DNA from: a virus
Virus genome (UHGV): UHGV-0249966
Reading direction: 5' to 3' (one strand)
Length of the DNA: 15,833 nt
The notes under the pieces were generated by a model. The model ran no database searches. It saw nothing but the letters and a program-made list of their open reading frames with translations, and was not told where the DNA came from. A program made the translations under genes and the position numbers. Of this stretch, positions 1 through 7,236 are shown in pieces (the stretch's first letter is position 1; each line of letters opens with the position of its first letter).

Positions 1-80
1 CGATAATCTGATTCACGCTGCATGGTCTGGTGTGGCAGCGTCTGGCGCATAAAAACAAACATACCTAACGCGAGCATCAT
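1..80 (-). CDS. U: Tail protein gpU, N-terminal fragment (runs off the window edge)
   Basis: Minus-strand ATG at 80-78 preceded by strong RBS AAGGAGG that overlaps the T stop codon (95-97); the frame stays open to position 1 (MMLALGMFVFMRQTLPHQTMQRESDY...). In P2 the gene after T is U. Confidence 0.6.
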   Translation of the reverse strand, partial: MMLALGMFVFMRQTLPHQTMQRESDY

Positions 81-94
81 TTTTCGTCACCTCC

Positions 95-2542
95 TTAACC
101 GTCATGCATCATGCTGGCACGGGCGCGCGCACGTTTATCCCGCTCGTATTTTTCGAGCGCATCCTGTAACTGGCGGTCAAGCTGTGTCCCCGGCGCAGTA
201 CCGCCCGTCAGGTTGATGTGATATTCGTTTTTACTCTGGTCCACATAAGAGCGGCCAGCCGGTGCCGTGACCGGCTGATAAGCCTGATAGCCTGCATAAG
301 AGCTGGTCGCCGGAATATAACCACCGGTGCCATACGTGGCGGCATGAGTTCTGGCGGCGGTCTGGTCAAGTGTGTCTGACTCTTTGTTGATGACCCCGAG
401 CTTTTCCAGTACCCAGTCAATGCCGCTGCGTAATTTGTTGAACGCATTAAGCGGCAGCATCAGCGCGTCAGCCAGTGCCTGCCCGAACATGACGCCCGTG
501 TCACGGCAACGGTTCAGGGTGTCCTGGGTGGCTTTAACCGGGGCAATCAGGTTTTTAAACCACTGCCACGCGGCCTGTAACTTTTCACCCAGCCAGTCAA
601 ACACCGGTTTCAGTGGCGTGAACAGCTCCCCCACCGGCGCAAATGCCGCTTTCAGCCCTTCCACCACACCGCCAAAAAATGCGCTGACAGGCTCCCAGTA
701 TTTACGGATAAGTAACGCCCCGGCGACAATGGCGGCCACCACGGCCACAACCGGCCAGCTAATAGCCCCGATGGCGGTCATAACAGCACTGCCAACCGTC
801 GTGAAGACTGCCCCCATTGCGCCTGCTGCCGCGATGATGGCATTGATGCCGGTGATAACCGGCCAGGTTACAAGACCAATTGCACCGATGATGCCAGTCA
901 GCGCCAGCGCGCCACCGGCAATGATGCCGATGGTTGACGCCAGTGATTTGTTTTTCTGGATCCAGCCATCGAGTTTTAACACATACTTTGTGGCCGTCTG
1001 CGTGAGCTTACGCAGCGCGCCTTCCTGCTGGTCAAACAGGTCAGTCCCCACCGCCTCATAAGCGGACTGAAACTCTTTAAAGTCACCGCCTAGGTTGTCC
1101 TGCATGATATTTACCAGCTCGGCGGTCTTCCCGTCTGAGGCTTTAAACGCAGCGGTCAGTTTGTCCAGCTTTCCGGTTGAGGCGGCAGTCATCAGCACGG
1201 CGGCGGCTGAGCTGGCCTCCTCCCCGAAAATGGTTTTCATGTATTCAGCCTGCTGGGCAGTACCGAGCCGGTTTTTCTCAAAACTGGCCTGCATTTCTTT
1301 CAGAATGGTAAATACTGGTCGGGTATTCCCTTTACTGTCTGAGGTTTTCACGCCAAGCTCTTTCAGTGCATCCCATGCTTTTCCCGTCGGTGCCTGCAGG
1401 CGGCTTAACACGGCACGGCTTCCCGTCCCCGCCATTGAACCGGTAATTTTTGCATCATGCAGTGCCCCGACCATTGCGGCGGTTTCTTCAATGCTGACAC
1501 CGGCATTTTTTGCCACAGGTGCGGCATAGGTCAGCGCATCGCTCATGCCATCAAAATCGGCGGCGGTTTTGTTCATCGTCATGGAGAGAACATCCCCGAT
1601 ATGAGCGACCTTATCGTTTGAAAGCTGAAAGGCGGATTTCATCCCCATCAGCAGGGCGGCGTTTTCTTCCATCGTGCGGCGGTTCGCCAGCGCCATATTC
1701 AGCGTGACCGGCGTTGCCGCCTGAATGGCATCAACATCCCCACCGGCTTTCGCAATGATAATCTGCGCACCGGCTGCATCATCTGCCGAGGCGGCGGTGT
1801 TGTCGCCGAGCTGGCGCGCCTGCTTGCGTAGTGCAGCCATTTCGGCGGAGTCTTTTGCCACACCGAGCACGGCCTGCAATTCTGAGTTTTTCTGCGCAAA
1901 CTCATAACCTGGCATCAGCAGCTTAACACCGGCCATCGTTCCCGCCGCCGCAATCCCCACACCGGCAGCGCCCACTGAGGCCATATTTCCGGCCAGTTCC
2001 TTTCCGGCCTGATAACGCTGTTTTACTGCGTTAAGTTTTGCCTGTTGCGCACTGACACGCGCCAGCGCGTCGCGCTGACGGTTAAGCTGTGCGGTGGTTT
2101 CACTGATACGTTTTTTCAGTCCCTGCTCATCATGTGCAAGATTGCGGGTATTAATTCCCACAGCGGCCAGCTCCCGCTGCTGGCGTTTAACGGAATCCGT
2201 CAGGCGGTTATATTTCGCCTGTAAGTCCTCCGCCGCACGCTTTGCGGATTCCAGCACTTTCGCCTGAGCACGGGTCGGACGTTCGGTATTTTTAAACTGT
2301 GTGGCAAGGGCTTCAGCTTCCTGCCGTGCCTTTTCAAGTGCATGACCAGTCACGGCGAGCTGTGCACTGGTCTTGCGGAATCCCTCAATACGGGATGCGT
2401 GACCGTTCAGCTCGCGCAGTGATTTTTGTGTTTCCCGGATATCCCCCGACAGCGACTTACTCGCTGTGCGGATGGATTTAAACGGGCGGGATGCCTGGTC
2501 AACAGCCCTGAGCAATACCTGTAATTTTACATTGTTACTCAT
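95..2542 (-). CDS. T: Tail tape measure protein gpT
   Basis: 815-aa ORF, same length as P2 gpT; long Ala/Gln-rich coiled-coil N-terminal half, hydrophobic Gly/Ala-rich central segment, position after E/E'. Start ATG overlaps the E' stop. Confidence 0.93.
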   Translation of the reverse strand: MSNNVKLQVLLRAVDQASRPFKSIRTASKSLSGDIRETQKSLRELNGHASRIEGFRKTSAQLAVTGHALEKARQEAEALATQFKNTERPTRAQAKVLESAKRAAEDLQAKYNRLTDSVKRQQRELAAVGINTRNLAHDEQGLKKRISETTAQLNRQRDALARVSAQQAKLNAVKQRYQAGKELAGNMASVGAAGVGIAAAGTMAGVKLLMPGYEFAQKNSELQAVLGVAKDSAEMAALRKQARQLGDNTAASADDAAGAQIIIAKAGGDVDAIQAATPVTLNMALANRRTMEENAALLMGMKSAFQLSNDKVAHIGDVLSMTMNKTAADFDGMSDALTYAAPVAKNAGVSIEETAAMVGALHDAKITGSMAGTGSRAVLSRLQAPTGKAWDALKELGVKTSDSKGNTRPVFTILKEMQASFEKNRLGTAQQAEYMKTIFGEEASSAAAVLMTAASTGKLDKLTAAFKASDGKTAELVNIMQDNLGGDFKEFQSAYEAVGTDLFDQQEGALRKLTQTATKYVLKLDGWIQKNKSLASTIGIIAGGALALTGIIGAIGLVTWPVITGINAIIAAAGAMGAVFTTVGSAVMTAIGAISWPVVAVVAAIVAGALLIRKYWEPVSAFFGGVVEGLKAAFAPVGELFTPLKPVFDWLGEKLQAAWQWFKNLIAPVKATQDTLNRCRDTGVMFGQALADALMLPLNAFNKLRSGIDWVLEKLGVINKESDTLDQTAARTHAATYGTGGYIPATSSYAGYQAYQPVTAPAGRSYVDQSKNEYHINLTGGTAPGTQLDRQLQDALEKYERDKRARARASMMHDG

Positions 2543-2714
2543 TCGTGTTTCCGCTTCGCCGGAGCGCCTTTTCGCGCCATGTGATGAGTTCGGTCAGGCT
2601 CATGGGATACAGTTCTGATGGCGGCCAGTGAAATATCACTGCCACATCCGCCATCAGGTCATCGACCGACAGATTTTTCGGAAACGTCACTGCACCGAGT
2701 TCGGCGACAAAAAA
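2535..2714 (-). CDS. E+E': E' extension of the E+E' frameshift product (-1 programmed frameshift from E)
   Basis: Hand translation of the -1 frame from the slippery site gives an open frame VAELGAVTFPKNLSVDDLMADVAVIFHWPPSELYPMSLTELITWREKALRRSGNTNE ending at TAA 2537-2535, overlapping the T start. Predicted fusion is about 142 aa, the length I recall for P2 gpE+E'. Confidence 0.8.
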   Translation of the reverse strand, partial: FFVAELGAVTFPKNLSVDDLMADVAVIFHWPPSELYPMSLTELITWREKALRRSGNTNE

Positions 2715-2962
2715 CCGACCACCTTACCGGCCAGCGCCACAAGGTCAGGCAGTTCCAGTGCGGCGACTTCCTGCTCGGTCAGCATCGGTGCAGTCATGCG
2801 CGGCAGCACCTTAATCAGTGCATCGACTTCGGAGTTCGCGACCGCAGCCAGACTGACACCGCGCAGCGTCCCGGCGTTAGGTTTCATCAGCGTGACCTGT
2901 TCGATAACCTGCTCACCACGTTTGACCGGATTGTCCAGGGTAATGACGTTTTCTTTGTTCAT
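2687..2962 (-). CDS. E: Tail assembly chaperone gpE
   Basis: 91-aa ORF (MNKENVITLDNPVKRGEQVIEQ...) between FII and T, same size and position as P2 gpE; contains the T6G slippery site near its 3' end. Confidence 0.9.
   Translation of the reverse strand: MNKENVITLDNPVKRGEQVIEQVTLMKPNAGTLRGVSLAAVANSEVDALIKVLPRMTAPMLTEQEVAALELPDLVALAGKVVGFLSPNSVQ
2708..2714 (-). promoter_or_regulatory. Programmed -1 ribosomal frameshift slippery heptamer T-TTT-TTG
   Basis: Minus strand reads GGT TTT TTG in the E frame (plus strand 2708-2715 = caaaaaac). This matches the known P2 E/E' and lambda G/GT-type tail chaperone frameshift site. Confidence 0.8.
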
Positions 2963-3018
2963 GGTTTTCTCACTTCTGAATCGGGGTTAACCGGTCAGCC
3001 AGGCTGACCGGATGACAA

Positions 3019-3537
3019 TTACAGGCCGATATTGCGGCGGTGTTGCTCCAGCCGGTCGACGCCGTTCACCTTCTCAATCATGTTGATGGTGTCGATTTCG
3101 ACCAGCTCCTTACCGTCCATCGTCAGCCGGAAATAGGTGCAGACCACGGAGATTTTCGACTCGGTGTCTTCTCCCTGTTTACCCTCGCCGGTGTCGATTT
3201 CTTTCTGACGTCCACGCATGACCACCTCGACGGCCACCGTTTCGCCGGTATCGTCGCGCTGGTAAGAGCCTGCAAAACGAATCGGCACAGCATCCACACC
3301 GGTTGCGGCGTAAAGCTCCCAGATAACCGAATCCGGGAAGCCCCCGAGCGACCACTCCATTGACAGCGCATCGTCATCAAGGCCGAGGTCTACCGGTGCG
3401 CTGCCGTTCATCCCCGCACCGCGATAGTTTTCGAGCTTACGGGTCAGTTTTGGCAGCGTGACGGACTTTGCAACGCCCTGATAGCTGTAGCCGTTCAGAA
3501 AGACGTTCATTAACTTGAGTTTGCGCGGCATTGCCAT
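3019..3537 (-). CDS. FII: Major tail tube protein gpFII
   Basis: 172-aa ORF directly after the sheath gene; size and order as in P2. Confidence 0.92.
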   Translation of the reverse strand: MAMPRKLKLMNVFLNGYSYQGVAKSVTLPKLTRKLENYRGAGMNGSAPVDLGLDDDALSMEWSLGGFPDSVIWELYAATGVDAVPIRFAGSYQRDDTGETVAVEVVMRGRQKEIDTGEGKQGEDTESKISVVCTYFRLTMDGKELVEIDTINMIEKVNGVDRLEQHRRNIGL

Positions 3538-3549
3538 CGGTCAGGCTCC

Positions 3550-4740
3550 TTAATTGCTGTTAACCGAAGTGACCAGATTTGCCAGGTATTTATCGGTAAT
3601 ACGCTGGCGCAGGGTCAGGTTTTCGAGAGGAGGCACCGGGGTATAGTCGTAGTCGATATACAGTTTTCCGGCCTTGAGGGTTTCCGCATCGTTGGATTCT
3701 TCGCTGAACCAGCAGGTCGCATCCACGATATAGCCGTTTGTTTTCAGCTCACGGAATTTGGCATTGATGCCGTCAACGATGTCGCGAATCAGCGTTGCGG
3801 TGATGGGCTTGTCCACCGCCCACATGTGCGCCTCAGCCATCGTGTCGGCCAGCACCTGCGCGGTGCGGGTGTAGTTTTCAAAGAGGAACAGCGGGTCATC
3901 AGAGCAGGTACGGTTACCCCAGAAGCGGAAACCGTCACGGCGAATCAGCGTTGTGACGCCTGACTCGTTAAGCAGGTCAGCATCGGTGCCGGACTCCTGC
4001 AAATCCCAGAATACAGAGGCGCTGATGCCGGTAACACCGTTCACCCCAACGTTGGACAGCGTTTTATGCCAGCCCTGCTCCTGGTCGATTTTAGCGCGCA
4101 GACCCAGCGCACGGGCGGTGGCATACGCGGTGGCGGTGGTACTGGTGACCGTATCCCATGCGAGGAAATCCGGCCAGATGACCATCAGCTCACGCTGGCT
4201 GAAATTCTGACGGTAGGCTTTCACCTCGGAAATGGTTTTACAGCCCCATGCGCTGATATACCCGAAAGCGCGCAGCTTCTGACAGACGGATGCCAGTGCA
4301 ACAGCCACCTCTTTGGTATCCAGTCCCGGCACACCGAGAATACGCGGTTTAACACCGGTTACCGACTCCGCCGCCAGCAGGGCTTTTAGTCCGGTGTACT
4401 GACCGTTTTCGTCGGTGGTGCCGATGATATTGGAAACGGTCTGCGCGAGTTTCGTTTCCTCGTCGTCGCCGGTGCCGTCTTCCACACGCACGACAACGGT
4501 GACCGGTTTTGACTGGTCAGCGATGGCCTGCAACGATGCCGCCAGCGTGCCTTTTTTACCGGCCTTTGCAATTGCGCTCTGCACATTGGTAATCAGCACC
4601 GGTTTATTGAGGGGGAAGGTTTCCGCATCCGCATCGCTGGCCGTGCAGACCATGCCGACAATGGCCGTGGATACGGTGGAAATGACACGGGTGCCGTCGT
4701 TAATCTCCAGCACCTGCACGCCGTGATGATAGTCTCTCAT
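3550..4740 (-). CDS. FI: Tail sheath protein gpFI
   Basis: 396-aa ORF (MRDYHHGVQVLEINDGTRVISTVSTAIVGMVCTASDADAETFPLNKPVLITNVQSAI...), same length as P2 gpFI and recognisably the contractile sheath N-terminus. Confidence 0.95.
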   Translation of the reverse strand: MRDYHHGVQVLEINDGTRVISTVSTAIVGMVCTASDADAETFPLNKPVLITNVQSAIAKAGKKGTLAASLQAIADQSKPVTVVVRVEDGTGDDEETKLAQTVSNIIGTTDENGQYTGLKALLAAESVTGVKPRILGVPGLDTKEVAVALASVCQKLRAFGYISAWGCKTISEVKAYRQNFSQRELMVIWPDFLAWDTVTSTTATAYATARALGLRAKIDQEQGWHKTLSNVGVNGVTGISASVFWDLQESGTDADLLNESGVTTLIRRDGFRFWGNRTCSDDPLFLFENYTRTAQVLADTMAEAHMWAVDKPITATLIRDIVDGINAKFRELKTNGYIVDATCWFSEESNDAETLKAGKLYIDYDYTPVPPLENLTLRQRITDKYLANLVTSVNSN

Positions 4741-4835
4741 CCGTTTAACTCCGTGGTTAATGGGTGCAACTATTTTCTGTTGTGCAGAGCATGAGACGCT
4801 ATTTGACCTGGCTGGTCAGGGGATGAAACAACAGA

Positions 4836-4859
4836 CAAAGAAAAGGCGGGTAATCCGCC
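4836..4859 (-). terminator. Candidate intrinsic terminator after the 278-aa accessory gene
   Basis: On the minus strand: GGCGG-ATTAC-CCGCC (5-bp all-GC stem, 4845-4859) followed immediately by TTTTCTTTG (4844-4836). It lies between the stop of ORF 4984-5820 and the FI start. Confidence 0.45.
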
Positions 4860-4983
4860 AGCCTGCCATGATTTGCACTCACTCATTTTCCAACTGACAA
4901 TTTACATAGCCCAAACGCTATCAAATCTGACAGTCTGCTTTGAGCGAAATGCGGACATGCGGGAGCATGGTTTATGTATGAAA

Positions 4984-5820
4984 CTAATGATGATAAATAC
5001 CATCGTCTAAAGGGGGACCTTCAGCCGTAACCCCCGTGATACTACTTGGCGGTTCAAAGATGGCCCGACCAAATATTGCATCAAACTCTGCTTTTGTGAC
5101 TGATAAGTATTGCAAGATGAGCTCTAGCAGCTCTCTGTACGTATCACAATGCCATTCAATGTGAGGACATATTCGGGAGAGAACTCTGTTCTTAAAATCA
5201 TCCAGATTATTTGGGACTTCCAGCAAGTTACCAGTGTTTAATGCTTTCGACATAAACTTGTAATTGAGCATAGAGAGAACCACTACTGATACACCTTTCT
5301 CTTGCCTTAACTGATCGAACTTCTCTTGTGCTTGAAGGCTTAGCTTGGCGTATTCGCGATCTCGTTTAGAGTTGATTGGTTCGACGTACTGAAGCGGTTC
5401 GTCTGCAGCATCACCGATACGTGGACAAAAGTATCTATTCCACCAAGCCTCAAAATACCTTTTTTGGAACTCAAGGTATGTCATCCCAATAATATTGGTG
5501 TTTTGAGTGTACTGTTTAGCACCCTGCTGAAGCCCGTGCTTTGAAATAATAAATCCAATATTAGCCCCGGTTTCATGCATTACCGTGGTGAACGAATGGA
5601 CCACCGTCTGTGGTATAGAACTACCCCAGTTTTTGCATTCCACAATGTATCTGATTTTGTCCACGCTCCTAACATCTGTAGCAAGAACATCCACATTCAC
5701 CGAGCCACGCGGGGTTTCTAAATCGACCTCGACTTCTGCAAACAAGCCAACATTACGGAATATACGTTGGACCCCTGTCTGGAGGTCTTGCCAGTTTTCT
5801 GGTAGTGGGTCATCGATCAC
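4984..5820 (-). CDS. Accessory protein with N-terminal PD-(D/E)xK (Mrr/restriction-endonuclease-like) nuclease core and an unassigned C-terminal region; candidate defence nuclease
   Basis: 278-aa ORF. Motif ...VNVDVLATDV...IRYIVECKNW... (D44, E61-x-K63) fits the D...(D/E)xK pattern of the restriction endonuclease fold. Start is GTG at 5820 (in-frame TAG at 5839-5841 prevents extension), with AGGA 9 nt upstream. GC looks intermediate, lower than the phage genes. Not part of the canonical P2 late operon. Confidence 0.6.
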   Translation of the reverse strand: MIDDPLPENWQDLQTGVQRIFRNVGLFAEVEVDLETPRGSVNVDVLATDVRSVDKIRYIVECKNWGSSIPQTVVHSFTTVMHETGANIGFIISKHGLQQGAKQYTQNTNIIGMTYLEFQKRYFEAWWNRYFCPRIGDAADEPLQYVEPINSKRDREYAKLSLQAQEKFDQLRQEKGVSVVVLSMLNYKFMSKALNTGNLLEVPNNLDDFKNRVLSRICPHIEWHCDTYRELLELILQYLSVTKAEFDAIFGRAIFEPPSSITGVTAEGPPLDDGIYHH

Positions 5821-5940
5821 TTCTGCTTTTCCTATGCACTATCCGCATGCTTTTAAGACTACTTGAAGACACAAACGTCGTCATCCACTAAAAGGTTCAA
5901 ATTTGAGATAAAAGTTCGTTTCTGGTACGAAGCGGATCGT

Positions 5941-6104
5941 TTGAAGAACCGTGTGATCTGCTAAGAGCGAGGAGTGGACGTTCTCAAGGGATTGCTTACA
6001 TCGAGGATGTATGAATCAACGGGGTGCAGGTCACAATATATGCTATCACTTGGTTGTTGAAACGAATGCCAAAGCCTGTGACGAGCGAGGAGTAGACTTT
6101 GGCA
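5941..6104. repeat. Two copies of a 15-nt motif GAGCGAGGAGT(G/A)GAC, each within an imperfect hairpin, in the inter-ORF spacer
   Basis: Copy 1 at 5965-5979 (gagcgaggagtggac) lies in the loop of hairpin 5941-5987 (5-bp stem, one bulge, 3 more bp). Copy 2 at 6083-6097 (gagcgaggagtagac) lies in hairpin 6067-6104 (perfect 8-bp stem tgccaaag/ctttggca, last motif base in the stem). Both are preceded by TGTGA; direct orientation, 118 bp apart. Confidence 0.6.
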
Positions 6105-6114
6105 CAAAAAAAAT

Positions 6115-7068
6115 TTAAGTGTCCGATGACTTTGTTTCAGCCGCTTTATCCTCAACCAATACCCAATCTCCGGAGCTAACCTTTGTCATAAGACAAAATG
6201 GAAAGTTGTTAAAAAAATGTTCAATATCACTTGAGGGTATTTTCTCAATTTTATTTAAACAACCATCAGCTATTTGTAGGGAAATCATTTCTCTTGTAAT
6301 TTTCATAAATTGATCAACATCAGATAACAACCATGTTTCATGATGAGCACCAAACAATTTGTGCGGTATATCATCAAGAATAAGATTGTCTAAATCATGT
6401 GATTTATCTTTGTTTAGCTCAAGAAGTACAAAATCAAAAAAATCAAAAAGATATGAATAGAGAAGATGAGTATAAAAGGTAAAATAGTAATCAGCAAAAT
6501 TAATATTGTTATTGAATCTATTTGAATACATCATATGAGGTTGAATCAGATCGTTTAGATCAGAGTCATATGCTTGGAAACAAATCTTTGTTTTAATATT
6601 ATCATCGTTGACATAATAAGGATTTACTGTTATCCCTCCATGAACTATCTTATTTCTTATTTTATTAAAGTCCTTATACCATTTTAAATTCAAATCTGGA
6701 AATTCCTGTGCATATTGCTGGAAATGATTTTCAAGGTAATCATATTTGTTGCCATTTTTTTTAGTTGGAAAAATTAATTTATCAGCTATCTGATATGCAA
6801 TATCCCATATCGTGCTGATTTTATAATAGCAATACTCAATAGCACTAATGCTGACAATTGATGTTGCATCATGTTTTCTGATGAACTCAGCATCTTTTTG
6901 AATTTTATTAATGTAAGTAATCATATAAAACAGTTTCTTGAAATGAGTTTTTAAATTTTTTAAAAGAAACTGAAGTTTTATGTCTTCCAGTGTATCTTCT
7001 TCATACTTATTTAAGTACATAATAATTTTATAAAGTGGACTGCCAACTCTTTTTGCATGTACATCCAT
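6115..7068 (-). CDS. AT-rich accessory protein with R-x4-H (HEPN-like) motif; candidate abortive-infection / RNase-type defence protein occupying the P2 Z/fun position
   Basis: 317-aa ORF with strongly AT-rich codon usage, unlike the flanking phage genes. ATG at 7068 preceded by GGAG (GGAGTAAATA-ATG). Motif KIRNKIVHGG = R138-N-K-I-V-H143, encoded at 6640-6657, matches the HEPN R-x4-6-H signature (R-N-x3-H as in many Abi-type HEPN proteins). Assignment rests on the motif alone. Confidence 0.55.
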   Translation of the reverse strand: MDVHAKRVGSPLYKIIMYLNKYEEDTLEDIKLQFLLKNLKTHFKKLFYMITYINKIQKDAEFIRKHDATSIVSISAIEYCYYKISTIWDIAYQIADKLIFPTKKNGNKYDYLENHFQQYAQEFPDLNLKWYKDFNKIRNKIVHGGITVNPYYVNDDNIKTKICFQAYDSDLNDLIQPHMMYSNRFNNNINFADYYFTFYTHLLYSYLFDFFDFVLLELNKDKSHDLDNLILDDIPHKLFGAHHETWLLSDVDQFMKITREMISLQIADGCLNKIEKIPSSDIEHFFNNFPFCLMTKVSSGDWVLVEDKAAETKSSDT

Positions 7069-7108
7069 TATTTACTCCAATAAATTAATGCGAACATTTT
7101 AATTGAAA

Positions 7109-7137
7109 ATTTAATGCCAAAAACTTTAGTTAGTCAA
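7109..7137 (-). promoter_or_regulatory. Candidate sigma70-type promoter for the accessory cassette
   Basis: Minus strand TTGACT (7137-7132), 17-nt spacer, TTAAAT (7114-7109), about 40 nt upstream of the ATG at 7068, in an AT-rich 168-bp intergenic region after G. Confidence 0.35.
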
Positions 7138-7236
7138 TAATTTATTCAAACGTCCGCTACTGGCACAGAACGGACTGTCAGATTAGGCTTTACTCTGTGC
7201 CATAGATATGTAAGCTCACACCAGAGCTCATACAAC

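Noticed and set aside
372-1061. 229-aa plus-strand ORF (and similar plus-strand ORFs at 1095-1529, 1510-1707, 1725-1907)
   Set aside because: They lie antisense inside the tape measure gene T; the Ala/Ser/Pro-rich low-complexity translations are typical of the reverse strand of a GC-rich gene, and there is no RBS or operon context.
2618-3007. Plus-strand ORFs of 129 aa and 120 aa (2618-3007, 2628-2990)
   Set aside because: Antisense to E/E'; the biologically relevant alternative frame in this interval is the minus-strand -1 frame of E'.
6105-6114. Homopolymer run (T-tract on the minus strand) right after the stop of the 317-aa ORF, considered as an intrinsic terminator
   Set aside because: On the minus strand the T-tract precedes the hairpin, and on the plus strand the hairpin is followed by an A-tract, so neither orientation is a canonical terminator. 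Kept only as part of the repeat/hairpin finding.
5961-6155. 64-aa minus-strand ORF in the spacer between the accessory genes (and the 93-aa plus-strand ORF 5585-5866)
   Set aside because: No RBS, Arg/Leu-rich low-complexity product, and it overlaps the hairpin repeats and the 3' end of the 317-aa ORF; more likely non-coding. The plus-strand ORF is antisense to the nuclease-like gene.
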